A DNA stretch of 64,000 nt, taken from Lama guanicoe. Taxonomy: Eukaryota. Location of the stretch: the NCBI GenBank assembly GCA_013239625.1, contig MU054033.1:434001-498000 (forward strand), read 5' to 3'. A program made the position numbers and the translations under genes. The notes under the pieces are model-generated. The model did not search any database, was not told the origin of the DNA, and was given only the letters and a program-made list of their open reading frames with translations. Positions within the stretch are counted from its first letter, which is position 1. Every line of letters begins with the position of its first letter. Below, in pieces: positions 48,366 to 61,050 of this stretch.

Positions 48366-48828
48366 TGTCAAGGATGGTGAATAGTCTAGGATTTTATTCT
48401 GCTCGCAGGCTCACAAGCTAGCCTGCTAGTACTTCTTGGCTGCCAGCAGAACACTTGAGATTGCTGGGTCGGAGGTAAGGACTTCATTAGTGAAGGCAAA
48501 AGCAGGAGGCATACATGGGTTCCCTGCTCCTTGCGCATCACACAGGGGCAGCGCAAGTGGTCCACGATAAATGCCTGTAAGTGCTGTGAGCTGTGTTACA
48601 GGACAGGAAGACATGGAGCTTAGGAGAGTCATCACTGTTAGAGTAAGTGGAAAGAAGCCTTCTCTTTGTCTGGGAAGAGACACTACCTCGTCTCCCAGGA
48701 TTACTCATTGCAAACACAGCTCTGAGAAGTGGCCCACATAAAGAGTGGTCAGGACCTCATATTCCTGGCATATCCAGCAAGAACACGGAAAGATATGCAG
48801 GGCCAATTGTGGCTTGCCTCTTCCAACA
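48366..48828 (-). mobile_element. ERVL-type (MER54/MER74 group-like) LTR
   Basis: TG...CA ends; caagctagcctgc..ctgggtcggag..ggacttcatta motif; TSD is weak. Confidence 0.55.
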
Positions 48829-49444
48829 GAGCGACTACGTGCTGTGCCCAATGCTGAAGGCGCCAGTGGCAGAGATCAGCAAGCCAAAGGGAAGGTCCAA
48901 TATGGTGTATTATGAGGTGTCGAAATAGATAGAAGTGTGGAATTCATTTCTTTTTAAAGGGGCGCCTGAAGTCAAAGTGTGTTTCCTGGAGTGTTTGATA
49001 GCTTAACTGACACTTAAAAGATCGGTACGAATTCCGTATGTGATGAGATAGAGGAGCAGAAGGAAAGGTAGTTCCAAGCAGCACAAAAAATTAAAGCAAA
49101 GGCCAGGAGGTAAGAAAACGATTGGTGGAATTGAAAACATGAAACATTTAGTATATCTGGAAGCAGAAGTAAGAAGAGAAAATTAGAGGTATAAGTCAAA
49201 GCCAGGTCATGTTGGGCTCTGGAATCATATTAAGGAATGGGAACCTTTCCTTGAGTACAATGGCGAGCGAGGGAAAATGGTCTTAGGGTGGGAAGGGTTG
49301 GCGTGAGTTTTCAATTTCAGAAAGATCGCTTTGGCCTCTGTGTGGGGGATAGATTTAATGAGTAAGGCTGAAGCCAGTTAGGCGCCATTACAGTAAAACA
49401 GGAAAAATTTTGTTGGCCAGGAGAATGGAGTCAAGAGATCTTTG

Positions 49445-51355
49445 GTATATTGATAGAATTGAAGGGACAAATGGACAGTTTCACAGTAATATTTGGAGAA
49501 TTAAATGCTTCACTTTCAGTAATGGATAAAATATTAGACAAAAGTCAGTAAGGATACACAGAGCTTGAACAACACTATATTCCAACCAGACCTAATAAAC
49601 TTACATAGAGCCCTTCACCCAGCAACAAAACGATGCATATTCTTCTCAAGTGCACATGGAATGTTCTCCGGGGTAGACCATCTGACACTGACAAGTGTCA
49701 GTAAATTTTAATGTGTAGAAATCAGACACAATATCTTCTCCAACAGCAATGGAGTGAAACTAGAAATCAATGTGAAGGAAAATTAGAAAATTCACAAATA
49801 TGCGGAAATTAAACCACACACTTTTACACAATCAATGGGTCAAAAAAGAATTCAGATAATTAGATAATTAGAGGCAAAGGAAAATGAAAAACAAGACACC
49901 ACCCTTACAGAGTGCATCAAAGGCATGGCTCACAGGGAAATTTATGGCTGTAAACATCTACATTAAAAAATAAGAAAGATCTCAAATCAATAATCTAACT
50001 TTATACCTTGAGAAAATAGGAAAAAATTCCAATGGCCTTTTTTGCGAAATACAACAGCCAGACTTCACATTCACGTGGAATTACAAGGGACTGCAAATAG
50101 CCTAAACAATTTTTATTTTTACTGGTTTTTTTTTTTTTTTTTTTTTTTTGAGGTAACCAAACAACCTTAAAGACAGAACAAAGGTAGAGAACTCACACTT
50201 CCTGGTTTTAACACTTAAAAGCCACAACAATCAAGACAGTGTGGAACTCACATGAGGATATACGTAAGACTAGTGGAACAGAATTGAGAGTCCAGAAACT
50301 AAATAAAAATTAACTCAAAATGGATTGATGTTCTAAAAATAAGAGCTAATACCATAAAAACCTTAGAAGAGTTCATAGGGGTATATCTTCAACACCTTGG
50401 ATTTGGCAAAGGATTCCAAAAGCACAAGTAACAATAACAACAAAAAAGACCAGTTGGCCTTCATCATATTTAAGTTTTTTGCATCAAAGGACACTACCAA
50501 CAGAGTGAAAAGGCAACCCACAGAATGGGAAAATTATTTGAAAATCATATATCTGATCAGGGTCCAGTATCCATAATATATAAAGAATTCTTACAACTCA
50601 ACAACAAAAAGACAAGCAACTAAATGAATAAATATAATAAGTAAACCTAATTATCACCACCCTCCCCCCCCAAAAATGGAAAATAACAGATGTTGTCAAG
50701 GAAATGGAAAAACTGGACCCTCATACATTACTGGTGGGAACGTGAAATGGTACCGCCTCTGTGGGAAAGTTTGTCGGTTTCTCATATTTTAGCTATGTTT
50801 AAAAGCTAAACATAGAATTACCACATGAACCAGCAATTCCACTCTTAGGTGTATGCCCAAAGGAATTGAAAGCAGGGGCTCGAACAGGTATTACTGCAGC
50901 CTTAGTCACAACAGCCAAAAGGTGGGACAGCCAGATGAATGGATAAACAAAATGTGGTCTGTACATACAATGGAATATTATTCAGCCATAAATGAATGAA
51001 GTTCTGATTCATGTTATACCACGGATAAGCCTTGAAAACCTTATGCCACGTGAGACACTAATATAAACCAGACATGAAAGGACAAATATTACAGGACGCC
51101 ACCTGTGTGAAATCTCTAGAATGGGCAAATTCATGGGGACAGAAAGCAAATCAGAGATCGCCAGGGGCCTCGGGGAGGAGGAATAGAGCATCATTGCTGG
51201 TAGGTACGTAGTCTGTTTGGGACGATGAAAAAATTTTTTGGAAATCGTGGTGGTGGTTGCATAACATCATGAATGTAATTAATGCTACGGAATTGTTTAA
51301 ATTAAAGTTGGTTAAAATGACAAATTTTATATACGCTATATATTTTACCACAATT
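49445..51355 (+). mobile_element. Old L1 (L1MB-like): EN-region and ORF2 3' fragments with internal deletions, plus 3' end
   Basis: ttcttctcaagtgcacatggaatgttctcc (EN); aaaaggcaacccacagaatggga; ccagcaattccactcttaggt; tatattttaccacaat end. Confidence 0.88.
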
Positions 51356-52128
51356 TACAAACACTAACAATGTAATGTGATATATCAAACCCCACTGAAT
51401 TACCCTCTTCAAGTGGGTATATTTTATGGCATGTGGATTGTTTCTCAATCAAGCTGCTTTAAAAAAGAGATTTGGGAGGCAGAATCAGTAGGAAATTGTA
51501 ATTTACCAGGTATTTGTCATTCTTTGTGGCCGCTCAGCAGATGAACCTCTTCCTACATTCAGGAAAAGAGCCCATCACCTGTTGCAGAAATTGAAAAATG
51601 AGCTATTCATTTTCCCAGCCTCCTGGCAGCCGGGATCCTGGCACATGATCTCTGCCAATCTCTCTGTAGCTCCTCATCCCCAACTTCCAATCAGAAGGTG
51701 ATGTGAAGGAGAAAGGTCATGCAGGTTCCTTCCTCATGGGGGCAGGGCCTGTGGAAGTGGCTGCGTCCCATCTGCAGGGGCAGTGACTCCGGTGGCACCC
51801 CGGGAGAAGTCAGCCGCACAAGCTGTGGTCTCTCCGCCCAGCTTAGGAGGCAGCAGTGCCTTCCTGAGACCATTCCTGCAGTCCGCTTCTGGCTCCATGG
51901 CCTTCAAACCTGGTTCTCCAGCCTTCCTGTAGATTCTGTGAGTTGCCTGGTGTTTTTTAAATAAATGGCTGTTCTGCTTACGTTAGCCAGCATTGGTCTC
52001 TGCTGCATGCAGCAGACTACCCTGAATGATATACAAATTGGTCCCAGATCGTCAGGACGTTGAGTGAAAGATGGGATGGATTTTTCTGGATAATATGTAG
52101 CTGAAGGGAGTAAGAATCCACCTAGTAT

Positions 52129-52638
52129 TGTTGCAGAAAAACGTGTTACAGCTCAGCTCAGTGACAGCAACCTGGATCCGGGCGAGAGACCAAGCAGCAC
52201 TCAGAGAACTGGAGAACTCAGGTTTGGAGAACTCAGGCTTATCAAGCCAGCGGACCCAGAGGAGTTAACACTCCAAGCTCTGGACCTCATCTGTAGGTTT
52301 ACACAGGCTTTTCTAGGCTGCCAGTTTACACTTTGCAACATCACATGCAAACAAGGTATAACAGAAGTTGACCAACTAGGAACAAGCTTTCTAGAAATGG
52401 AAACATCAGGAGTGAGAGAAATAACCAATCAGGAGTGAGCTCCATGCAAATGAAGTACTACAAATGGACCAATCAAGAGTGAGCTCAGGGAACCAATAGA
52501 ATTTTAGGGGGAAGTAAGCCGTTTCAGAGGCAAAAAGTGAGATAGAGCCGCCAGGCCGGGGAACCGGATGGCGCTGGCAGGAGAGCAGTGGCCCTGCCTG
52601 GGGGTCCTGCCCATCTTTTTACGGGGCTTCCCGCCTCA
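52129..52638 (-). mobile_element. ERV1-type solo LTR (copy B, same family as 885-1504)
   Basis: TG...CA ends; perfect 4-bp TSD gtat (52125-52128, 52639-52642); reverse complement aligns end to end with copy A. Confidence 0.93.
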
Positions 52639-54461
52639 GTATTATACAGGAGAGCTCTGATCGCATCGGGCACGTGTAGCTGAATTGTGAACTAGATTAT
52701 CAGCCGTGGACACGGGGAATGCAGTGCTCACTGAAGGCTCACTGAGGGGTCTGAGTGACCACAGTCAGGGGCCAGAATAACAGGCCTGAAGACATGGCAG
52801 AGTCCTAGTCCTCCGCCCACCAAGGCAGACTAGTTACTGATACCAATGAGTCTCCCTTTGGCCGAGCAGTGGTGACTGACCCAGCGCCAGTCAAAGCGGT
52901 CATTCAGCACCCCCAGTGGCAGATCGATTAGATTGGACCCAGGAGCTGGGTGGTAGTGATTTGGGACTCAGGCGGCACTCCAAAAACTCCTTTGCGTGTC
53001 CCCTTCATGGACCACACAAGCTGAATTCCACATTTACTAGTCTTTCTTGCAACTGGGGTTTTGTATGCAAATTGAAAGAAAATTTGATGGTGGTGCAAGA
53101 GGGGTGAGGCCCAGCTTCCTCCTGTTTAGCAGTTGCGGCAGGAAGAAGGACACAGAGATGTTGGGTTTTCTGGGGCCTGACGCTTGTATTAAGTCTACCA
53201 ACCAGTTGTGTCAAAATCGGTTATTCCAGTCCTCACAGTCCTGGGTAATGATCACTTGGAGGACTCAGTATTCAAGAGGGAGCTGCTTCCACCAGGTGAC
53301 AGAGCAATTATGCCTTTAGATTGGGACTAGGGCTGCCCTCTGGCCGTTTCAGGCTTTGTGTGACCTTCAGTGAGAAGGTGATGCGTGAGGATCTGTGCTA
53401 TTAGGTGCAAAGACTGACCTTGGTTATCCAGGGGACATAAGGGTGGTGGTGCACATGGGACCAGGGTGGGCAGTAAGGATGGACTTGACGGATTTTCTGG
53501 GGATGCTTGACCACTCCTGGCTTTTCTTTTCCAATGGTAAATATTACTGAACATCTATAAAGGCAGGACCACCAATGGCTCAGACCTTTCAGAGATGACT
53601 GTTTGCATCAATCCACAGGACTAACTGAGGGATGACAACAAAAAGAGAATGAAAGTTTAAGGAATCACTTACTAGGTTTGCTTATTAGAGCTCTGGAATG
53701 CAAACACGGGGACCATAAAAGTTTTCTGTATTTTCTTCCTTACTGTTTCAACTATAAACAAAAATTTTAAAATAATTTTTCTATTTTTTCTCTTTTAAAT
53801 GATTAAGAAGAGGAATTGTCTTCCGTTTACTTCCTTTCCTTTCCATTTGAGATATAACTGACACACAGCGCTGTATAAGTTCAAGGGGCACAGCATAATG
53901 ACTTGACTTCCACACACTGTGAAATTTTTCTCGTTTTCAATCTTCCTTCTCCAACTTACAAAGGGCAGGCTGATGCTCCATTTGGTCCTTAGATTACAAA
54001 ATATAGAGATGTGGCCATTTCAGAAAGAGAGCAGAATGAGTAATTATCTAGAGATCCTGGGTTTGGAGCTGCAAGATTAGACTTTGGCGAGACAACAAAT
54101 GTGTTTTGCTGTATGAGGGAGAGTTGCATTATATTAGCAAGAAGCGTTTTTAAGACGTGTAAAAGTGTAAAGAGTCAAAGGGGTGCACTGTGGATATGCA
54201 GGAAATATGTCCAGTCTTTTTGGCCACCTGGCATCTGAATTTCATCTCTGTTTGGGGGACTCTACCAGCATTTGATGAAGAACCACTACACCCACTCCTA
54301 AAACCCAAAATGTCAGGTTCTCACTTCCCAACTCTTGTAATGTAGGTCACGTGCATGTGACATATGCTCTGTTAGTCAAAGGCACTGGCTTCCTTCCACC
54401 CTCCCCTCTCCCTCATTTCTTGGTGGTAAACTAGCAATTAGGTACTACACAAACACTATTC

Positions 54462-54740
54462 TTTCTTTTCTATGTTTTTTTTTAAGTATAGTCAGTTACA
54501 ATGTGTCCATTTCTGGTGCACAGCGTAATGTCCCCGTCATGTGTACACATACATACATATGTTCATTTTTGTATTCTTTTCCATTAAAGGTAACTACAAG
54601 CTATTGAATATAGTTCCCTGTGCTGTACAGAAGAAATTTGTTTTTTTAATCTATTTTTATATATAGTGGTTAACATTTGCAAATCTCAAACTCCCAAATT
54701 TATCCCTTCCCACCCGCTTCTCCCTGGTAACCGCAAGGTT
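54462..54740 (-). mobile_element. 5'-truncated L1 3' UTR inside the MaLR 3' LTR
   Basis: aagtatagtcagttacaatgtgtc..ttccctgtgctgtacag..cctggtaacc; short TSD actattct/actatcct. Confidence 0.9.
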
Positions 54741-55029
54741 ACTATCCTGATGAAGGTGTTAACAATGGCATGGGTTGGATTTTAGTAATGGCATCCGTGG
54801 TCTGTGATCAGAAGCATTGGTGATGCAAGCAGAAGTGTCTGTGCCCAGGTGCAGTGGCAGTTCTGCTGGTTGGCTGGCATTGATTCTGGCTCTGTGGCTG
54901 CTTAAGATGACTGTTGCTCTCCGGTCTTGCTGTAGAATCTATGAGCTACTGAACTTCCTTTCAGTAAAATTCTTCCTACTTGGATCAACCAGAGTTGGTT
55001 TCCCTGGTCTGCAGCTAAGAAACTTCACA

Positions 55030-57240
55030 TAGTCGGTGAGGTGAGGGGAGAATCAAGGATGGTAGTTAAGATACCCAGCGGCTTGTGCAGCTGAGTGGAT
55101 AGTGGTCCCACTGTCTGAAGTAGGTACTGAGGAATTACCGCAAGTTCAAGTAGGGGTGATGATGAGATTAACTTTGGACAAGCGGAGTATAATTTGTTTT
55201 GGAGACATCTGAATGGATATGTCCAGGAGGCATTTGAGATGCCAATTTTGCCCAAGGAGAGAGAACTGAACTGGATAGACAGTTGGGCTCACCAGCATAT
55301 AAAGGGCAAGCGGAGCCTGGCAAGTGTGTGAGCTTTCCAGAATGAGAAGAAGACCTAGGAATTCTATGCTCAGATGATGGAGCCTGCGAGACGGCTGCAA
55401 AGGTCCACAGACACTAAGACTGTGCGAGGGCCCGGAAACCAAGGCTCGCCTGTGTCGAGCATCACTGACTGAACACCCAGCAGGCTGGTGACGGGATGCA
55501 TGCCTGGATGTGTACTGCTCACCCTACTGAGCACACGCTCAGAGAAAGGACAAGGCTGAAGGCAGTGTGCGGTGGACAGGAGCGAGAGGGCTCCCACGCA
55601 AGCACTGCAGAAAACTAGCGCAAGGTACAGCAAGGACGGCAGGCAGATTCCTGAAGTGGCCCTTTCAGTCACGTGACTGGTCCTTTTTTATTGACGTGAG
55701 TGGGAGGTGAGCAACCTAACCAGATTATAATCACCTGTTTCAAGAAGCTTGGGTGTGAGTGTGGGAGAGATTTAAGGAAGGAGATAAAGAGATAGCTTGG
55801 GGTTGAGGGAAGATTACTTCAAGATAGAGGAGAAAACAGGGTGACAGTTTTATTCCTGTGTTCACATGGAAAGTCCCATGAGCCCAGGACGCCTTCTCAT
55901 TCCCCAGTAAATTAGGCTGGTCGGTCACCCTAAATTCAGATGTGAATGATACCTGGTTAGTATCAAATGCTGGAGAGAGGAGAGCCCAGCTGCAGATCAA
56001 GGGCTTAGCGGGGGAAGGTGGGGGCCTGAGTCAGAGCTCAAGAGAAGGACCTCTTCGTGGTGATGGAGAAGCAGAAAGGAGGGTGTGTACTTGGGCAACC
56101 CTGCAGTGATGGAAAGTGGTAGGAAATGGGGGGGAGGTTATTCATCTTTTCTCTGTGAGATTGCAGGACATGAGGTCATTTCCTGGATCTGAGCAGGGAG
56201 AGGAGGAGGCAGGAGGTCTGAGGAAAGCAGAAAAGGTCTGCAGTCATCTCCTGACAGGAGAGAACAAGAACTTTTCAGGGACCCACCTGAAGTTGGATTT
56301 GGTGACACATAGTCATTCTCTTGAAGTTGCCTTTACTCCTTCCCCAAACTCCAGGGAAATGGCAAGAACGGCGGCACATTCCTAGAGGTGTTAACCCACC
56401 GAGACCAAGGGGACGGGCGAGGAACAGTCACCCAAGGATGAGAGAGTCAGCAAACTGAGTGTGAGAGGAACTGACCTTGCAGAGTGGAGGTGGCTGCCCC
56501 CCAGGTGCCTGCAGAAGGGAGTTCTGTGAAAAAGGACTCAGTTTCCACCCTGCAGACGCCAGGAGACTCAGGACCAATAATAAGGATGTGGAGGTAACGG
56601 TTCCTGCCCCAGCACCAGGATGCCGGCAGGACGCGTCTCTGGAAAAACTCAGAGGAAGGCTTTCATACCTTCCCATCTGCTGTACTTTGTGTGGTTTACT
56701 GCATGTAATCCCCATGGAGAGTCTGGGCGGGACATTTCTACAAAGGCAATTTGGGGTGCTGCTATACAGAAAAATAGAAATAGGAATGCGTACCAGGTAG
56801 AAAACACCCATCTATCAGCAGGGCTGGTATTTAAGCTAGACCTAAGGAAAGAGAAGGAGACGGCCATACAAGGCATTGGGTAGAGGGAAAAGCATGTTCT
56901 GGGCAGAGGGAACAGCATATGCAAAGGCCCGGGCTGGGACCAAGATTAAAATATTTAAAAACTGAAGGAAGATTAATGTTGCTGATGCCTAAGGAACAAG
57001 AAGTGTGAGATGAATTTAAGCGACAGAAGGAACCAGGGTTTTGTAGACCCTTGTGGCTCACAGATAGAGTGTGATTTCTTCCCTAAGTGTGATGAGAAGT
57101 CACTGAAGCAGGTTTGACCGGAATCTAGTTTTATTCTATGTGGAGAGTTAGGGTGTTGGGAAGATGAAGGCGACTTGGACTAAGATGATGGCAGTGGGGA
57201 TGGAAGGACATGGCTAGATGGGTGATGCGTTTTGGGGGCC
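55030..57240 (-). mobile_element. Scattered L2 fragments (about 55030-55340 and 56830-57240)
   Basis: gacatctgaatggatatgtccaggaggca; ggcagagggaacagcatatgcaaaggccc. Confidence 0.7.
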
Positions 57241-58559
57241 TTCCTGCTGTACCCCAGTTCCTCTATAATCTGTCATCACCCAACAGCTTGAAGGGTCTCT
57301 TTAAGCTATTAATCAGGTAATACTTGTTGAATGAATAAAGTTCTGATGGACAGATGCTTTACTGATCAGGTAATTGAACAAAAAGTGCCATAATGTTGTT
57401 TAATTTAATGTAATAAGCACTCAGTGTAGAATTTACATACGAAGCAACTGAAGCCCAGAGAGGTCAAGTGATTTGTCCGAGGCCACACAGCTGGTCAATG
57501 GCACAGCAGTTCCAAAAACACACTCTCAATCACATACTCTCCTGCCTCTCTTTATATCCTGGGTTCAGCCATTTTGACAAATGGAAAATAAATGATGTTC
57601 TTTAAAAACCGAAGCATACTGGATACTGAGTCATTTGTAAGAAAGAACCAAGGAAGAGGTTTATAAAGGAGGCCGGGCTGAGAACAAAGATTCAAGTGCA
57701 AAATTTCAAAGGACATTTTTAAGCAACGAAACATCTACGATTGTATTCAGGAAATTACAGCAATAGGCCAATTACAACAGCTTGCAGCAACAAGCCAAGA
57801 TAAGGTGACTAAGTTTAAGCAAAAAAGTAATAGTATGCAGATCGGGCAGGCAAGAGGCAGACAGTAGGTGCCAGAGGCAGTAACTGCAGGTGTTAATCAG
57901 GAGAGAAGTCGTGCACGCCGTGCCCGTCTCAGGGTTGCCTGGCAGGTGCTGGTCTCGCAGACAAGGCAACCTTGGCGCGGAAAGTTAATCACCCTAAGCC
58001 AGGAGCAGCAGCTCCTCTAGAAGAAGGCGCAATGCTGCTTTAAAATGCCAAGCATTCTCTGATTCCGGTTTTAGAATTCAGAAATACGGCCTTGGGAAAT
58101 AATACAGCCCCTCCCATTTAGACTTGGGACCAGTGAGCCCCAGGTTTTGTATATGTCAACCAGTGGGCTCGAAGCTCCTTTTGGCTTTCCTGGGGGTCAG
58201 TCACCTTGCTGCCACGCTGACACGTCAAATGGCTGAAATGGAGGTTTGCAGGTTTACATGACATTGCTCATTGTGTTCATTTTCCAAAACACAAGTCTTT
58301 TATGATATCTGTCTCTTGTCGAATGATGTTAAACTTTGAAGTGCATATAATCAAAGAGTGAAAACTTTGCCCACATGGACCCCTGTATTTTCAGCCCAGA
58401 AATGACCGCCATGAACAACGGGGTGTGCCTCCCTCCGGCTTTCCTTCAGACATGATACACATTTTCTGTCTTTAGAAATAAGTGGCATCACGTTATGTAT
58501 GCGGGTCTGCTTTTGATTTGCTCTGTTATTGCCCCCTTTCAACCCAATATGAGTAGAGC

Positions 58560-61050
58560 TGCTTCTTTTTACTAGTTGCTTAATAGCCCATTGTATGAAG
58601 GTATCATCGTTTATTTAACTGATGGCCACTGACGGCCACTGAAAGCTGCTTCTAATTCTTCTTCTGACAAATAACTCTACAGTCAATCTTGCCTCATGTG
58701 TCTTGGCTCGTGCATGTGATTATTTCGGTGGGACAGATTCTGAGAGATGTGTGGCTAGTTCTGTGAGACAAATTCTAGGAGGGCTGTTGTAGATTAAAAG
58801 GTGGGAGCATGCTCATAGCTGATACATACTGTCAAAATTCACTTTTAAAGTTTGTATTCCCTGACCTTTCTGCCAACAATGAACACTGTCACTCTTCTGT
58901 CGTTGCCAGTTGGATGAGTGAAAAGTTCTCATTTTAATGCTATTTCCTCCATTACTAATGAAGCTGTTCATGTCTCCATATGCTTCAAAGTCATTTGCAT
59001 TTGATTTTTTCAAAAATCAGTTATTCGTCTTTTGCTTATCTTACCATTGGACACTGATCTTTTTTTGTGGATTTATAAGAACTCAACATATTGAAAATAT
59101 AAACCTACAATCTAGAATAAAAATTTCAAATATTTCCCCCAACTTTTTGCTTTCAGCTTCAATTGGGGTGTCCTTTATCAAACAAAAGCGGATTGCTTTT
59201 CACTGAATTAAATGTCTATCTTCTTTTTTTATAGCTTCTGGGTTTCATGTTATGCCCTACCCCAAGGATATAAATCTGTTCTCTCATATTTTGTGTTAGT
59301 AGTCCTACGTGTAATTTTAACACTTAAATCTTTAGTCATGTGAGAATATTTTTATGTCCAGAACAAGGTGAAGGAATAATCAGCGATCTTAATATGATGC
59401 ACTTTCCTATTACGGGTACATACTTTGTATCAGTTCTCTTAACCATCACATTACCTGCCTTCTTCTATCTGGGGCGATTAGAAAGCTAAAGAAAACATTG
59501 TCTAGACTCCCCCAAAACTGAGGTTCTGGAAGCAAACGATGTTCCATTATTTAGATGTACTCATGAGAGATTTGGAAGGCAGAAGAGAGCCATCTCCCTA
59601 GGGCTCTTGAGTATTGCCATTAGTGAGGGAGCTCAGAAAATGTGAGCCTTTCTTGCATCAGGTGCTCCAGCGTCCATCTGCCAGCTTTCCGGGAATCAGA
59701 AAGAAATGGTATAAAGAAGCTGTGGTATAGCTATACAATGGAATATTACTCAGCCATAAAAAAGAATGAAATAATGCCTTTTGCAGCAACATAAATGGAC
59801 CTAGAGATTATCATATTAAGTGAAGTAAGCCAGAGAAAAACAAATATCATATGATATCCCTTACATGTGGAATCTGAAAAAAAAAGATGCAAAGGAACTT
59901 ATTTACTCATAGACTCATAGACATAGAAAACAAATTTATGGTTACCAGAGGGGTAGGAGGGGAAGGGATAAATTAGGAGATTGGGATTTGCAGATACTGA
60001 CTACTACACATAAAATAGATAAACAGCAAGATCCTACTGTCTAGCACAAGGAACTATATTCAATATCTTGTAATAACCTATGATAAAAAAGAATATACAC
60101 ATGTGTATATATGTTTCATATATATGTGTATGTATGTATATATACATATATGTATATATATATAAAACTGGATCACTATGCTGTACACAAGAAACTAACA
60201 CATTCTAAATCAACTATACTTCAATTTAAAAAAAAAAGCAGTGATGACATGGACAGCTTCTCCATGTGACTTATTCACAGACCAAGCTCTGGGTATCACA
60301 GTCCGGTTTCCTGAATGTGAGAGGCAGGTGCAGAGACATGGCTTCTCGTCTCTGGCGTAGCTTCAGCCACGACCTCACCAGGGGCTCCTGCAGAATCCGC
60401 CCCGTTTGTGCTGAGTCGTCCCAGGAGATCCAGCCCTGACAATGCTCCTGCTGCCCTTCCAACAGAGTTGCAAACATCTAATTTCCTGCATTAAATCACC
60501 TTCTGCCCAAAACACCAAAGGCAACTTTTATTTCCTGCTCTTGACCCTGACTGACACGCTCTTGGGTTTAAATGAGCTTATGTATCACACACGGCTTTAC
60601 ACTGATATGTGAGTCTGTTTCTTGAATTTCAGCTCCAGTTTGTTGATCAATTTGTTTTTCAGTGATGCCACCGTGTTTTAATTGCTCCAGCTCTGATGTC
60701 TGGTTTCATAAGTCAAACAAGTTCACGGCATTTATTCTTCTTTTTCAAAGTCAATTCAGTGATTTTGGAATATTTACCCATCCAATGGAATAGGAGAATC
60801 AACTTTTCAGGGTTCTCAGAATATCCATTGGAATTTTGGTTAATTTGGGCATAATCGTCATCTCTATAATATGGACCATTTTAATCCAGAAATGTGTTCA
60901 ACCTCCTCACTTACACGTCTCTTTTCACGTCGTTATTCAGTGTTTAATCATTTTCTTTACATACATCAGCTTGCACCTTTCTGTTAGACGTAGTATTAAT
61001 TATTTAATAGCCTTTTATTATGAATAAGACACTTTTCCCAATTATATTTT
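58560..61050 (-). mobile_element. Old L1 (L1ME-like) remnant interrupted by an LTR (about 59400-60558), which is itself interrupted by a young L1
   Basis: Antisense L1 motifs on both sides (agcttctgggtttcatgt; ttcttctttttcaaag..ccattggaattttg); LTR-like end attaaatcaccttctgc..gaccctgactgaca. Confidence 0.6.
59708..60237 (+). mobile_element. 5'-truncated L1 3' end with a (TA/TG)n expansion
   Basis: aagaagctgtggtat..atggaatattactcagccataaaaaagaatgaaataatgcc..aatcaactatacttcaattt plus A tail. Confidence 0.93.

Larger units (their letters stand above)
51500..55030 (+). mobile_element. Decayed two-LTR MaLR (MLT1-type) provirus: LTR about 51500-52035, internal region, LTR about 54189-55030
   Basis: Similar LTR starts (tctttgtggccgctcagca / tctttttggccacctggca) and ends; aattggt after the 5' LTR; PPT-like caaaggggtgcac immediately before the 3' LTR. 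Confidence 0.6.
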
